The notes below the pieces were generated by a model. The model worked only from the letters and a program-made list of their open reading frames with translations, was not told where the DNA came from and searched no databases. Of a stretch of 51,184 bases of DNA, positions 50,196-51,184 are shown piece after piece. The stretch is from an uncultured Bacilli bacterium (GTDB lineage Bacteria; Bacillota_I; Bacilli_A; RF39; UBA660): positions 1 to 51,184 of the forward strand of contig CANQHD010000003.1 of the NCBI GenBank assembly GCA_947623625.1, in the 5' to 3' direction. A program made the translations under genes and the position numbers. The first letter of the stretch is position 1; each line of letters starts with the position of its first letter.

Positions 50196-50966
50196 TTATT
50201 TATCATTTTCTATTATTTCTTTGATTAAAGACCATTTCCAAACATAGCCTAAATCACTATCTTTATTAATTCTTCCACTATATATTCCTATACCGTATGT
50301 AGTATTAGACTGCCAAGAATATGATCCATCATTTTGCCTTACCATACCTGCTTCTCGATAATATATCACTGGTGATCCAGATTGCCCCTGTCTAGTTTTA
50401 GCATCGACTAAAAATGCTGGTAGTTGTTCACCATTTATATTTATGTTAAGATCCGGATCGCTTGCAACAATTCCTGTAGACCAAATGGCGTATTTACCAA
50501 TATTAGGATTAACTTCAAATCCAAAAGGATAGCCTATAATATAAACATTCTCAGTAACAATTGGATTATATCCAGATATTAATTCATGACAAAATTCAAA
50601 TTGATTATATCTTCCAAGATTAATTGCAACAACATCAACCTTTTCATTATACAAAGGATGTTCTATCCAAATTTTATTTTCTTCACTATCATATAAATCT
50701 ACATTTATATTACCCCAAACATAATTATCATTTTCTTTATGTGGAAACCAAACGTTTAGCCTATTTGGTATTGATAAATTTAAATTTAAACATTCATTTG
50801 TTTCATTATTTCTACCAGTAACAACATGCCTATTAGTAATTAGATACACATTACCATTATAATTTACTATAAATCCTGTTGCAGTTGCCAATTTTATATC
50901 ATTAAATAGTATGGTGATTAATAATGATCTAATTGAATTAATATTTATAGTTATTTGTTCTTTCAT
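50196..50966 (-). CDS. Trypsin-like serine protease (element cargo)
   Basis: ATGF, TNRHVV (His), VDVVAI (Asp), IGYP, GQSGSPV (Ser); no signal peptide. Confidence 0.88.
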   Translation of the reverse strand: MKEQITININSIRSLLITILFNDIKLATATGFIVNYNGNVYLITNRHVVTGRNNETNECLNLNLSIPNRLNVWFPHKENDNYVWGNINVDLYDSEENKIWIEHPLYNEKVDVVAINLGRYNQFEFCHELISGYNPIVTENVYIIGYPFGFEVNPNIGKYAIWSTGIVASDPDLNININGEQLPAFLVDAKTRQGQSGSPVIYYREAGMVRQNDGSYSWQSNTTYGIGIYSGRINKDSDLGYVWKWSLIKEIIENDK

Positions 50967-50977
50967 TTTTACCTCTA

Positions 50978-51184
50978 TTAAAAATTATTTAATATGTTAA
51001 ATTTGTATATTATTTCTATATTTTTATCCTTGTCTATAACTATTTTATCAATGATGGTTTGCATTAATTCTCTTGTAGGATTTTCAATATTAATTAAAGA
51101 TTTAATTTTTTCTTCATATTGTTTTAAATCATCAGTTTTGTTTTTTATAACCTTGTTATCATCCTTCAATTTATTTATTTCTTT
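50978..51184 (-). CDS. C-terminus of a large serine recombinase (partial)
   Basis: PTRELMQTIIDKIVIDKDKNIEIIYKF parallels PNRELIINLVDRIEIFEDKNININVTF of the 22551-24128 recombinase. Confidence 0.8.
   Translation of the reverse strand, partial: KEINKLKDDNKVIKNKTDDLKQYEEKIKSLINIENPTRELMQTIIDKIVIDKDKNIEIIYKFNILNNF

Larger units (their letters stand above)
50172..51184 (-). mobile_element. attR-side end of a serine-recombinase element interrupting the amidase-LysM gene; extends beyond the window
   Basis: Amidase homology stops at about 50172; 24 bp further lie a cargo protease and the C-terminus of a large serine recombinase. Confidence 0.82.

Noticed and set aside
50172..50200. Group II intron 3' end at the amidase junction (CGACTATCCCC)
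   Set aside because: No domain V motif and no RT; only 24 bp separate the junction from the protease stop, and a serine recombinase is adjacent.
3031..50821. Short antisense or off-frame ORFs in the track (e.g. 3031-3348, 3990-4352, 11495-11959, 25342-25572, 25951-26322, 45287-45532, 50624-50821)
   Set aside because: They overlap well-supported genes and show no recognisable motifs; treated as shadow ORFs.

Overview
AT-rich chromosome segment of a spore-forming, probably genome-reduced member of the Bacilli (standard genetic code; lineage not determinable from this window). Most of it is core genes: sufCDSUB, pflBA, prsA, recX, rpoZ, ftsY-ylxM...fmt...ffh, rnj, rny, recA, pgsA, gpsB-rnpB, recU-ponA, nth-dnaD-cca and hup. 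The main result is that three host genes are split by inserted elements. (1) A CotD-like spore coat gene is split by a complete 2,810-bp element (22530-25345) bounded by ACATGT cores and carrying a large serine recombinase, a 47-aa partner ORF and a Fic gene. Precise excision rebuilds a 123-aa in-frame protein, and both the host gene and the recombinase cassette have mother-cell-type (sigmaK/sigmaE-like) promoter matches. (2) A ytlC-like ABC ATPase is cut at its signature motif by foreign DNA running off the left edge. (3) An amidase with five LysM domains is cut by a serine-recombinase plus trypsin-like-protease element running off the right edge. Together these suggest a multi-locus, skin-like programmed DNA rearrangement system, which is an inference and is untested. 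Also found: unannotated YjcZ/SscA-type small spore proteins, probable ATT start codons, an ABC exporter with an in-frame TGA, and a HerA-type ATPase next to a possible ADP-ribosyltransferase-fold protein.
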